This document shows positions 51,401-62,877 of a DNA stretch of 62,877 bases, piece by piece. Location: contig NC_057718.1 of NCBI RefSeq assembly GCF_004010195.1, positions 29,942,278-30,005,154 on the forward strand, given 5' to 3'. A program made the translations under genes and the position numbers. The notes under the pieces were generated by a model. That model saw nothing but the letters and a program-made list of their open reading frames with translations. It searched no databases and was not told the origin of the DNA. Position 1 is the stretch's first letter. Each line of letters starts with the position of its first letter. The DNA comes from Chiloscyllium plagiosum (lineage: Eukaryota).

Positions 51401-54240
51401 TCCCAGGGGTAACCTTGGAACAAGCATCGCTCCTTAATGCCCCCTTGACAGTTCAGGAAATACAGGAGGCAGCTAGGCAACTTCAGAGTGGGAAAGCGCC
51501 TTGCCCTGATCGTCTCCCAGGTGAGTTTTATAAGGAGTTCATAGGGACTCTGTCAGGGCAGATGTTGGAGATGTACAATCACTCCTATATGCATGAATGC
51601 CTATCACCATCTTTGAGAGAAGCTAATGTTTCCTTAATTCTTAAGGAGGGGAAGGTTCCTGAGGATTATGCCTCATACAGGCCCATCTCTCTGTTAAATT
51701 CAGATTTCAAGATTCTGTCCAAGATCCTGGCGCTGAGACTGGAAAAGGTGTTGCTCTATATTGTTAAAGAGGACCAGACAGGCTTTATAAGGGGCCATAG
51801 GTCCTCTAATAATATTAGAAGGTTGCTGAATATGGTCCAAGTTTGTCAGCAATGATCGATTCAGGGGTTGGTGATTTCCTTAGATGCAGAGAAAGCATTT
51901 GATCGGGTGGAGTGGCTGTATTGTTTTTATGTCTGAGAACAATTTGGACTGGGTGGGGTCTTTGCTAGGTGGGTGGAGGTTTTATATCGCCACCCTCTGG
52001 CCGCGGTCATCACCAACGGGGTGAAGTCTGGGAATTTTAGGATTGGTAGGGGTAGTCGGCAAGATTGCCCCCTCTCATCATTGTCGTTTCCATTGGTGAT
52101 AGAGCCGCTGGCAGAGGCCATTCGTCAGAATGTCCACATAAGCACTCCAGAAGTGGGAATGAGGGCACACAAGATTACACTGTATGTGGATGATGTCCTT
52201 CTGTTTTTATCAAACCCGATGACCTCCGTAACCCATTTGATACAGTGTATCAATTCATTTGGGGCTATTTCAGGATATAAGATTTACTTGGCAAAATCGG
52301 AGGCTATGCCTTTGGGGAACCTTAAGGATATGCCAGAAGTTGAAGGTGGCCCTAAGTTCCCTTTTAAGTGGTCACGTGCAGGGTTCTGATACCTGGGCAT
52401 TTTTATTACGCCCAAGTTTGATCTGTTATTTCGGACTAACTTTGCTCACTTGCACGACGATATTAGGCGAGATCTCCAGAGATGGGAGGCTCTTCCAATT
52501 TCATGGCTGGGCCGAATATCTCTCATTAAGATGAATGTTCTTCCTCGTTCGCTTTATCCCATGCGTATGCTCCCTATAATGTTTCCCAGGTCAATGCTGC
52601 GGAAGCTTATGGGATGGTGTGGTTCCTTTATCTGACATTGTAGGCAGCCCCTCATCAAACTTATTAATTGCAGTTGCCTCAAGGAGGGGGAGGAGTGGAT
52701 TTCCCAGACATCAGGAAGTATCAGTTGAGTTCCCTGCTGTCATTTGTCTGTGATGGGTAGGTAATGATCCAAACTCAATATGGCTGGATATTGAGGCCTC
52801 GCAGGCAAAGTGCCCTTTTATTAACCTGTTGTTCATGGATAAGATGACAACAGTTATGGACCACTACCGGAAACACATTGTCATTAGTACAGTCAAGGCA
52901 TGGAGGGCAATGCATCAGAGTGAGTTGCTTATCCAAGACTTCGCCACTTACGCCCATAGTTGGCATGCTAGGGTTCTGACCAAGGATGATGGATTCAGGG
53001 TTCAAACTATGGGCAGTGAGAGGAATTTCTAGTTAGGGAGACTTGTTTGAGGGGGAGTTTATGATGTCTTTTGAGCAACTGAGCCGTAAATACAGGTTGC
53101 CCAGCAGAGATGTTTTCCGGTTTTTTTCAGGTTAGGGATTTCATCCAGAAGAAGACTACGCTTCTCACTAAGCACTATAAGCCCGATACAGAGAGGTTGT
53201 TGCTACGTTCCACAAACACCCTTTCATTTAGTGCCCTCTATCACCTGCTGGGTGGCAGGGTCTGGCAGGATATTAACTGGTTATGTGAGATCTGGGAGCA
53301 AGAGCTAAGAGTGGAGGTCTCTTCTGAAACATGGGAGAATGCTTCAAAGATCTCAATCTGTAATAGGACATGCGCTACGCAGTTAAAATATCTGCACAGG
53401 GTTCATCTGGCACCAGACCGTCTGGTGAAGTTTTAAAAAGGGGCATCTTCAGTGTGCACCAAATGTAAAATAAGTGTAGGTACTCTTACCCATTGCTTCT
53501 GGACATGCCACAGGCTCCATGTTTAATGGAGGGCTGTGGCGGGAGAGATAGGGAGGGTATTTAGGACTGAAGCCAAAGTAGACCCGATATCTTTCCTCTT
53601 AGGTCTACCGAATTTACCATCTTTAGACGGGCATGCAAAGAAACTATTTAATATTCTTGCATACTGTGCACGGAAGAATATTCTGATAAACTGGGTGTCT
53701 GAAAAACCGGCAGGTTTGCTGGGATGGCAGAAATTAATTATGGAGCACATTCCCTTCGACTTTTTTATAAACATGGTGCACGACACAACAGACCATTTTT
53801 ATAAGGCATGGCAGCCCTACTTGAGTTATTTGGATATAGATTTGTCAGTTATCTTATCTAGGGTGTTTGCTTAACCAGGATGGTTAGGTTTGTCAAGCCC
53901 TGGGCCCTGGAGAGGGTCTCCTGAGTTAATACGTGTATATGCACAATGCTCCCGTTCCTTTGCTTAGGAACTTTGTGCCGAGCATAGCTGTTCTGTATTT
54001 TGTGGGTTTTTTTTGTTTTTATTTTGCTTTTTTTTGATCTATTAGTTATTTACTTATTTATTGGTGTTGCTTTGCACAGTGTTAGGGTTTGTTTTGTATT
54101 ATAGGGTAGGTTAGTAGTTAGTAGACAGTAGTTATATTATAATGTGTTTTTTTTTTCTTTTTATTGTACTGATTTGTATTTTTCAATAATTTTATATGTT
54201 TGTAAAGTTAAAAAAATTGCTAATAAATATACCAAAAAAA
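48439..54240 (+). mobile_element. Full-length L1-clade LINE, inactivated: ORF1 about 48602-49479, spacer, ORF2 50081-53874, 3' UTR, poly(A)
   Basis: 5' AAGATGGC YY1-like motif (48448-48455). ORF1 has LENRGRR, LPE, IER, FFQDFS. ORF2 has WNIKG, LQETHL, GGDFN, SDH, YRPISLLNSDFKIL, DQTGF, SLDAEKAFD, RQDCPLS, LYVDD and a C-terminal CxxC..H..WxC. AATAAA at 54222-54227 then A7. Confidence 0.95.
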
Positions 54241-56294
54241 CTTGAAAAATTCTTCAGTATGTAATTTTTTCATTAAGATTTACCTCAACTAAGTTTTGTT
54301 TAAAAGGAAACTTGTAATCTAAGCTAAAGAAAGGAGAAATCTTTAACTGTCTTAATGTGACTGGGAGCCCCACAGCAAATGAGCTCTGTGCAGCATTACA
54401 ATTTGACATAGATTGCTGGTGCTCCCTTTATTCCAATGGATTCAGGTCTCTGTTTTCCCAAGTGGTAAAGTTGAATGATTGTTGAAAGGTGCTTCCCTTA
54501 GTTTTTAGAGATTGCCAAACTGACAAACAGCTTTAATCCCTGGTCTAGGGATTTTTTCATTCTGGCTTTACCAGCACTAAGCTTCTAGAACTTTCACAAA
54601 ACCTTGGGATATGTTTCAATCAGAGATAGTCATTCTGCTTGTTAGATCACACAAAGAGGTTAATTATCTACATTGAATATGCCTTCTTGAAGGGAACTAG
54701 TGATGGGCAAAAAATGCTGGCCCCGTCAGCGATGCCCACTTCCCATGAATGAATCTTTAAAAGTCTGCCTTCTGTTCTTTTAATAGACACCTCTCTTTTC
54801 TGTTCAAAACCTCAGAGACTGAAAGTTTATTCGCAGTCAGTCAAGTTGCACTTGCCTTTGTTTCCAGGTATGAATTGTGGCACATGCATTTCAGTACCTT
54901 CTCCTAGGATATCCTTACCTCAATGGTTACCAAGTTACCCAGGCTTTTTGGGCATAATCCTCTTGCCATGAATTGGAGGAACTGCCCCAAAACAGAATTA
55001 ACTTATTAGCAGTTGCATTCATGACAGTCCATGTGGCAAATAGAACTTCATAAATGTACATTTCATCTGGACAATTGCAACTATATCTTCCCAGCTATGT
55101 GCTTAGTTCCCAGGGACTACGCTATCTCGCAGCAGAAGAATGGGGAACTCTGAACTAAGCAATTGGAAGAGATATTCATCCATTGACAAGGTGGAGGGAA
55201 GGAATTTGAATGGCCACGAGGGCAGAATGTTCTGATTCCATTAGGATGCTAGTGCAATCGAAAGACACATAAGAGCGGCCTTTGGTCTCGTTCTTACTCA
55301 TTTTCAACCTGAGTGAATTCCCTGTAACTCTTAAATCACGACCACAAACATGTTATTGCTGTAGATCTATGTCCAATATCACTAGCTTCCTTCAGCACAA
55401 CTTGCAATCCCAGGACATCTAACATATCAATGGAAAAGAATTCTAGGCATTTAGGAATCCCATCACTGTCTACATGGCCTCTCAAAAGCCATAAACCCTC
55501 CTGAAATTGGAAATATTTTGCCAATGCCTGCTTTCTACAGACTGCAGATTCTGGAGTAATCGTCGAGCAGCTGTCCTGCCTCAGTGGGATAGCGCACTGG
55601 AAAGCAAGCTCTGCTGTTCCTGGAATCACCACAGAAGTTAAAGATTTGATAGAAATCTGCAAAATTCTCCAATTTACCTCTCTTTTAGAGCCATGTTGGC
55701 AGAAAGCATAGTCAAAGTTTCAGTATTTCCCAAGAATTACGGTTTATTCCAAGTAATTACATTCTAGTTATAGATAAACAATTATAAACTGGCACACCAT
55801 TATACTAGTTTAAACATTAATCACCTTATAAACTCCCCCTTACACAGGGAAAAATCTAGTAAAGCCACTGCTCTGTGCTGCTCAGGATCTGTTGAGGTGA
55901 TTCAAGAGCTGATCAGAATGTTGCTTCTCAGTATTCCTTCTCTGGATATTTTTGCTGGTTTGCAGGAGGCACAGGAATGATTCATGCATAAAAGATCTCT
56001 GACTTATTAGTTAGAAGTCACAGCTTACACCAACAGAAAAATGGAAACTTGGAAACTATTAGTGGTGACTTGTAAACTTTTCATTGTGCTCATTTGAGTA
56101 TATGTAAAACTAATTCTATCACATGGTCTGCTATTACATACAGTCCATAGTTAGCCACTAATCGTCCCCTTATTAGCTATTCATTCTCCTAAATTGATTG
56201 TTGTCCACCGCTTTGTCTTATCTCCACCTAATATTTATTCCTTCCACCCCACCCCTGCACCTTCTACATAAAAGATGATTCCTCATAGCTACCA

Positions 56295-56430
56295 TCAGTT
56301 TTGAGGAAGGGTCACTGGACCTGAAATGTTAACTTTGATTTCTCACCACAGATGCTTCCAGACTTGGTGAACTTTTCAAGCAATTTCTGTTTTTGTTTCT
56401 GATGTCAAGTATCTGAGTTCTTTCGGTTTT
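56295..56430 (+). mobile_element. Degenerate 3' end of another PLE family, with a decayed hammerhead motif
   Basis: agtt-ttgagga-a-gggtc-actg-gacct-gaaa-tg-tt-aact, followed by cacagatgcttccagac..ttttcaagca. Related to 21094-21197. Confidence 0.55.
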
Positions 56431-57722
56431 TACCTTTTATTCGCACTATGGTCATGTCGACTTACAGACCAATCATCTACTTACTGACAGCTGAATCTCA
56501 ATTTGACCACAATCCTGGAGCTCCAGTTTCTGCAAACTACACTGCAAATATTACTGGAATCAGCAACTGTGTAAACAGCGTTTTTTTCATGAGTATCAGG
56601 TTAATTGATTTCAAAACATGTAGTAAACCTTTAGTAATATATTTTTCATTTCAGTCCTCCATCAAAAATATGAGAAAAATGAAAGAGTCTTTATGCAGCA
56701 TTGCATATGTACCTCATCAGTTGCGTTGCTACCCTGCCTTTTTGTTTCATTTATGGGATATGAGCATCACCACCACCTTGGCCAGCATTAATTGCTTATC
56801 CCTAATTTCCCTTGAAGATGTTGGCAAATCACCTTACTGAACTGCTGAAGTCTAAGTGCTATAGGTCCATCCATGGTGGTGTTAGCAAGTGAACTTCAGT
56901 ATTTTGAGCCATCGAGAATGATGGAATAGTGATATAACTCAATGTCAGAGTGATTTGTGATTTTGAGAGGATCCTGGGTGCTGCTGCATACATTGGTTGG
57001 TCTTTTTAGCCCATAGACTTTGTGAGTTGCTATAGGGTGTCTAGTAGATGGTACTTTGCTGCTACTGAGCTTTAGTGAAGGGAGTGGATGTTGAAAGTCT
57101 TTGATGGGGTCTCATCCAAATGGGCTTTGACCTGTTTGATTTTGAGCTTTGTTGCAGCTGCACCTATTCAGGCAAGTGGAGAGGATTCCATCTCTGGGAG
57201 ATAATGGTGTCGCAGAATTATTGCTATACTAGTAATCCAGAGTCCCATGTAATGTTCTTGGGACCTGAGTTTAATTGGGGTTCACAAAACTATTCTTAAT
57301 TTGTCAGCAAAACAAAACACATCTGATTCACTATTGTCTTTTTTAGGGAAGAAAAGGTGCTGTCTTTATCTGGTGTGACTTATAGGTGACTATAGATCCA
57401 CTGCTTTGTAGTTGGTCTTAACTTCCCTCTGAAGTGGCCAAGCAAGCCACTTGATTCAAACAACTGTTAGAAAGTCTCAAAAAAGGAATGAAACCAGATG
57501 GTCAACCTAGTATTGACCGAGTCACCAGAAATGATAGCAATGTTTCCTGAAGTCCTCCTTATTAACGTAGAGGGGCTAATGCCAAAGTTGGAAGAGTTGT
57601 CTCAGATTAGAAGAGCAAAGACATTGTCACACCCACGGTTCATATCTTATTTCATATCATTATTAGACACCTTGATCGCAATCTTTGGGTATGCCCTGTC
57701 CCACCGGCTCAGTGGTATACAG

Positions 57723-58090
57723 TAGATTAGATTAGATTAAATTCCCTACACTGTGGAAACGGGCCCTTCAGCCCAACAAGTGGGCGGCACGGTGGCACAG
57801 TGGTTAGCACTGCTGCCTCGCAGCGCCAGAGACCCGGGTTCAATTCCCGACTCAGGCGACTGACTGTGTGGAGTTTGCACGTTCTCCCCGTGTCTGCGGG
57901 CAATTTAGCATGACCAATTCACCTGCCCTGCGCATCTTTGGACTGTGGGAGGAAACTGGAGCACCCAAAGGAAACCCATGCAGAAGCTGGGAGAATGTGC
58001 AAACTCCAGACAGACAGTTGCCCGAGGCAGGATTTGAACCTGGGTCCCTGGAACTGTGAGACAGCAGTGCTAACCACTGAGCCACCGTGC
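57723..58090. mobile_element. Composite HE1: minus-strand copy whose internal part is replaced by a plus-strand young HE1 head (57782-57897)
   Basis: Minus tail 57723-57781, plus head gggcggcacggtggcacagtgg, then minus body 57898-58090. Confidence 0.85.
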
Positions 58091-59416
58091 AAAGAAAGAG
58101 TTGCCCAGGTAGTCCTCAGTATTGCAATTGGACCCCTAAATGTCTCGTCATCAGGTTAATCATGGAGAAGGAGATGTCTTGCAGATTACCACACACTGCC
58201 CTCCACATGACTGACGAATCAGTTTAACATCATTGGGAGGAAGCACTGAAGGTGACATGGGCAGAGAATGTCTTCTTAGGGGATTTCAATGTCCACGATC
58301 AAAAGTGACTTTATAGCAGTACTACTGGTCAAACTGGTTGACTGCTAAAGGACACAAATTCAATCTAGCAGCTATGCCAAGGGTGATTGAACCAAGAAAA
58401 AAAAAATTGGCACCCATCCTCATCAATCTGTCTGATGCAAATACTGCCCATGAAATCATTGGTAAGAATGACTGCTGCACGGTCCTTGTGGAGAAAAAAA
58501 TTTGGCCTTCACGATATCATGATATCTTTTATCACTGTGCTAAATGGGTAGACGTCAACCAGATCTAGCAACTCAAGATTGGTGTCCACGGGCTTGGTGG
58601 GTCAGCAGCAGAATTATCCTCCAACACAAACTGCAACATTGTGGCATGGTATATCCTCCACTCTATCCTTACCATCAAGCTATCAACCAGGGTATCAACT
58701 CTGGTTCAATGAAGGGTGCAGGAGAGCATGCCCAGAGCAGCACCAGGCATACCTAAAAATGAAGAGTCAACCTGGCGAAGTGGCAAAAATAGATTTGCCA
58801 ACCAGCAAGTCAGATACCAAGTTTTAAAAAAATTCCACAATCAACAGATCAGCCACAAAGCTCAGCCACTGGAGGAGGAGGCTGTACAAACAGCCTCAGT
58901 GATGGAGGAACTCAACCCATCAATGCAAATGATAAGGCTGAAGGATGTTCAACCAAAGTGCTGAGTGGATAATTCACCTTAGTCTTCTCCAGAGATCCCC
59001 AGCATTATGGGGGCCAAACTTCTGCCTATTTCATTCACTCCAAGTTACCAAAAATGTAGGTACAGGATGCTGCAAAAGCTGTGGACCCTGACGATGGTTT
59101 GGCAATAGTACTGAAGATGTGCTCCAGAACTAGCTGCACATCCAGTCAAGCTGTTTCAGTCCAAATCAAACACTGGCAGCTTCCCAACAATGTGGAAAAT
59201 TGTCCAGCTATGTTCTATACACAAAAAGCAGGACAAATCCAATCCTGTCAGCCACCACCCTATAATGAACTCATGATCATCAGTAAAGTAATGGAAAGTG
59301 TCAACAACAGTGCTATCAAACAGTAACAGCTTAGCAATAATTTGTTCACTGATACCCAGTTTGGGTTCTGCCAGGGCCACTGAGTGTTCTGGTCTTGGTT
59401 AAAACAAGAACAAAAT

Positions 59417-59652
59417 AACTGAATTCTAGAGGAGAAAGTGAGGTCTGCAGATGCTGGAGATCAAAGTTGAAACTTTATTGCTGGAACAGCACAGCAGGTC
59501 AGGCAGCATCCAGGGAACAGGAGATTCGACGTTTCGGGCACAGGCCCTTCCTGAAGAAGGGCCTGTGCCCGAAACGTCGAATCTCCTGTTCCCTGGATGC
59601 TGCCTGACCTGTTGTGCTGTTCCAGCAATAAAGTTTCAACTGAATTCTAGAG
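59417..59652. mobile_element. Fold-back PLE-derived mini-element with 15-bp TSD and an intact hammerhead core (59551-59578, +)
   Basis: TSD AACTGAATTCTAGAG at 59417-59431 and 59638-59652. Near-perfect arms at about 59465-59550 and 59556-59641. Motif CTGAAGA-A-GGGC-CTGT-GCCC-GAAA-CG-TC^GAATC. Confidence 0.9.
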
Positions 59653-59731
59653 TAAGGTGAGAGTAAGTGATGCCCTTGACATCATAATCACACTTGACCA
59701 AGTATGACCTCAAGGATCCCTCGCAAGACTG

Positions 59732-62700
59732 GAGTCATAGAGATGTATAATGTGGAAACAGACCCTTCGGTCCAACCTGTCCATGCTGACCAGATATCCC
59801 AACCCAATCTACTCCCACCTGCCAGAAGACAGTCCATATCCCACAAAGTCCTTCCTATTCATATACCCATCCAAATGCCTTTTAAATGTTGCAATTGTAC
59901 TAGCCTCCACCACTTCCTCTGACAGCTCATTCCATACACGCACCACCCTCAGCGTGAAAAAGTTGCCCTTTAGCTCTCTTTTATATCTTTCCCCCTCACC
60001 CTAAACCTACACCGTCTAGTTCTGTACTCCAGGGTAAAGACTTTGTCTATTTGTCCTATCCATGCCTCTCACGATTTTATAAACCCCTATAAGGTCACCC
60101 CCTCAGCCTCCGACGCTCTAGGGAAAACAGCCCAGCCTGTTCAGCCTCTCCCTATAGCTCAAATCCTCCAACCTTGGCAACATTCATGTAAATCTTTTCT
60201 GAACCCTTTCAAGTTTCACAACATCTTTCCTATAGGAAGGAGACCAGAATTGCATGCAATATTCAACAGTGGCCTAACCAATGTACTGCAAAGTGCTGCA
60301 ACATGACCTCCCAACTCCTGTACTCAACATTCTGACCAATAAAGGAAACCATACCAAATGTTTTCTTCACTATCCTATCTACCTGAGACTCCACTTTCAA
60401 GGCGCTATGAACCTGCACTGCAAGGTCTCTTTGTTCAGCAACACTCCCTCGGACCTTACCATTAAGTGTACAAGCCCTGCTAAGATTTGCATTGCCAAAA
60501 TGCAGCACCTCGCATTTATCTGAATTAAACTCTATCTGAATTAAACTCCATCTGCCACTTCTCAGCCCATTGGCCCATCTGGTCAAGATCCCGTTGTAAT
60601 CTGAGGTAACCTTCTTTGCTGTCCACTACACCTCCAATTTTGGTGTCATTTGCAAACTTACTAACTACACCTGTTGTGCTCACACCCAAATTATTTATGT
60701 AAATAACACAGAGTAGTGGACCCAGCACCGATCCTTGTGGCACTCCACTGGTCACAGGCCTCCAGTCTGAAAAACAACCCTCCACCACCACCCTCTGTCT
60801 TCTACCTTTGAGCCAGTTCTGTATCCAAATGGCTAGTTCTCCCTGTATTCCATGAGATCTAACTTTGCTAACCAGTTTCCCATGGGAACCCTGTCGAATA
60901 CCTTACTGAAGTCCATATAAATCACGTCTACCACTCTGCCCTCATCAATCCTCTTTGTTACTTCTTCAAAAATCTCAAATCAAGTTTGAGAGACATGATT
61001 GCCCATGCACAAAGCCATGTTGACTATCCCTGATCAGTCCATGCCTTTCCAAATGCATCTAAATCCTGCCCCTCAGGATTCCCTCCAACAACTTGCCCAC
61101 CACCAACATTAGGCTCACCGGTCTATAGTTCCCTGGCTTGTCTTTACCATCTTTAAGTAGTGGCACCACATTAGCCAGCCTCCAGTGCTTCTGGCACCTC
61201 ACCTGTGACTATCAATGATACAAATATCTCAGCAAGAGGCCCAGCAATCACTTCCCTAGCTTCCCACAGAGTTCTAGGGTACACCTGATCAGGTCCTGGG
61301 GATTTATCCACTTATATGCGTTTCAAGACATTCAGCACTTCCTCCTCTGTAATATGGACTTTTTGCAAGGTGTCACCATCTATTTCCCTACAGTCTATAT
61401 CTTCCATATCCTCTTCTACAGTAAATAATGATGCAAAATACTCATTTAGTATCTCGTCCATTTTCTGTGGCTCCACACAAAGGCCGCCTTGCTGATCTTT
61501 GAGGGGCCCTATTTTCTCCCTAGTTACCCTTTTGTCCTTCACGTATTTGTAAAAATCCTTTGGATTCTCCTTAATTCTATTTGCAAAAGCTATCTCATGC
61601 CCCCTTTTTGCCCTCCTGATTTCCCTAGTAAGTATACTCCTACTGCCTTTATACTGTTCTAAGGATTCACTCGATCTATCCTGTCTATACCTAACATATG
61701 CTTCCTTCGTTTTCTTAACCAAACCCTCAATTTCTTTAGTCATCTAGCATTCCTATGCCTACCAGCCTTTCCTTTCACCCTATCAGAGTATACTTTCTCT
61801 GGACTCTCGTTATCTCATTTCTGAAGGCTTCCCATTTTCCATCCGTCCCTTTACCTGCGAACATTTAACAAATTCCTCTCCATCTAAACCTTGAATATTA
61901 TGGCAGTCCCAGTCAATGTTTGGAAAGTTAAAATCCCCTACCATAACCATCCTATTATTCTTACAGATAGTTGAAATCTCCTTACAAATTTGTTTCTGAA
62001 TTTCCCTCTGACTATTAGTGGGTGTATAATGCAATCCCAATAAGGTGATCATCCCTCAGTTCCACCCAAATAACCTCCTTCGATGTATTTCTGGGAATAT
62101 ACTCCCTCAGTACAGCTGTAATGCTATCCCTTACCAAAACACTCCACTCTCCCACCTCTCTTGCCTCCCTTTCTATCCTTCCTGTAGCATTTAGTTGCGA
62201 GTCCTGTCCATCCCTGAACCATGTTTCTGTAATACCTATGATATCCCAGTCCCGTGTTCCTAACCATGCCCATCTGCCTTCCCTGTTAGATGCCTTGCAT
62301 TGAAGTAAATGAAGTTTAATTTATCAGTCCTACCTTGTTCCCTGCTTTGTCCCTGCCTGCCCTGACTGGTTGACTCGCTTCTGTTCTCAACTGTACCAGT
62401 CTCAGATTAGTCTCCTCACTATCTCCCTGGGTCCCACTCCCTCACCTTACTAGTTAAATCCTCCCAAGCAGCTCTCGCAAATGTCCTGGCAGTATATTAG
62501 TCCCCTTCCAATAAAGATGAAATCCGTCCTTCTTGTACAGGTCACTTCTACCCCAAAAGAGATTCCAATGATTCAAAAATGTGAATCCTTCTCCCATACA
62601 CCAGCTCCTCAGCCATGCATTCATCTGCTCTATCCTCCTAATCCTGCCCTCGCTAGCTCGTAGCACTGGGAGTAATCCAGATATTACTACTCTCGAGGAC

Positions 62701-62877
62701 TTCCTTTTTAAATTCCTGCCTAACTCTCTGTAATCTCGCTTCAGAATCTCAACCTTTTCTCTTCCTCTGTCGTTACATCCAATGAGGACATTGACCTCTT
62801 GCTGGCCCCTCTCCCCCTTGAGAATATTCTGCAACCTCTCTGAGACATCCTTGATCCTGGCACCAGGGAAGCAACAC
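59732..62877 (-). mobile_element. CR1 LINE (ORF1 esterase through ORF2 and tail), degenerate, continuing beyond the window
   Basis: RVVISGLLP, DGFHL (ORF1); VGDFNFPNIDW, GVPQGSVLGP, KFANDTK (ORF2); tail ctctatgactc. Confidence 0.95.

Larger units (their letters stand above)
57197..59731 (+). mobile_element. Old LINE (APE-RT) preceded by a SacSINE1-like tRNA/Deu head; interrupted by HE1 SINEs and a PLE palindrome
   Basis: Head at 57197-57470 matches 2041-2491. Degenerate GDFNVH, WFNE.C, WKI....HKKQDKSNP..., IISKVME, QFGFCQG, ALDI...DQV motifs follow. Confidence 0.6.

Noticed and set aside
60518..60549. 16-bp tandem duplication (also small ones near 29135 and 6950)
   Set aside because: Ordinary slippage duplications, mostly inside dead repeats.
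36966..62877. SLC3 exon 2 (expected ..KLDY..L)
   Set aside because: No convincing match by eye in the non-repeat segments; it probably lies beyond the window, though a divergent exon could have been missed.
1..62877. CRISPR array, prokaryotic operon or endogenous virus
   Set aside because: No regularly spaced repeat-spacer array and no viral or bacterial ORFs; all recognisable coding remnants are host exons or eukaryotic TEs.

Overview
Repeat-rich vertebrate genomic DNA, almost certainly from a shark or other elasmobranch (HE1-type V-SINEs, SacSINE1-like DeuSINEs, HER1/CR1 LINEs). Two host genes lie on the + strand. The first is the 3' end of PPM1B: the 58-nt penultimate coding exon (3134-3191) and two alternative terminal exons (15509-15757, long beta-X type; 22536-22565, GSADLEDPW*). 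The second is the first coding exon (36467-36965) of an SLC3-family amino-acid-transporter heavy chain. It sits where SLC3A1 lies in mammals (directly downstream of PPM1B) but has an SLC3A2/4F2hc-type transmembrane segment plus a DxNxDGxGD loop. The rest is nested, mostly dead TEs: CR1 LINEs, Neptune- and Poseidon-type Penelope-like elements (PLEs), a full-length degenerate L1, an old Deu-headed LINE, a Harbinger relic and SINEs. The PLE ends carry about ten minimal hammerhead-ribozyme motifs, several inside short fold-back elements, two of them flanked by target-site duplications (TSDs). Family and gene assignments come from recalled motifs, not database searches; TE boundaries are approximate.
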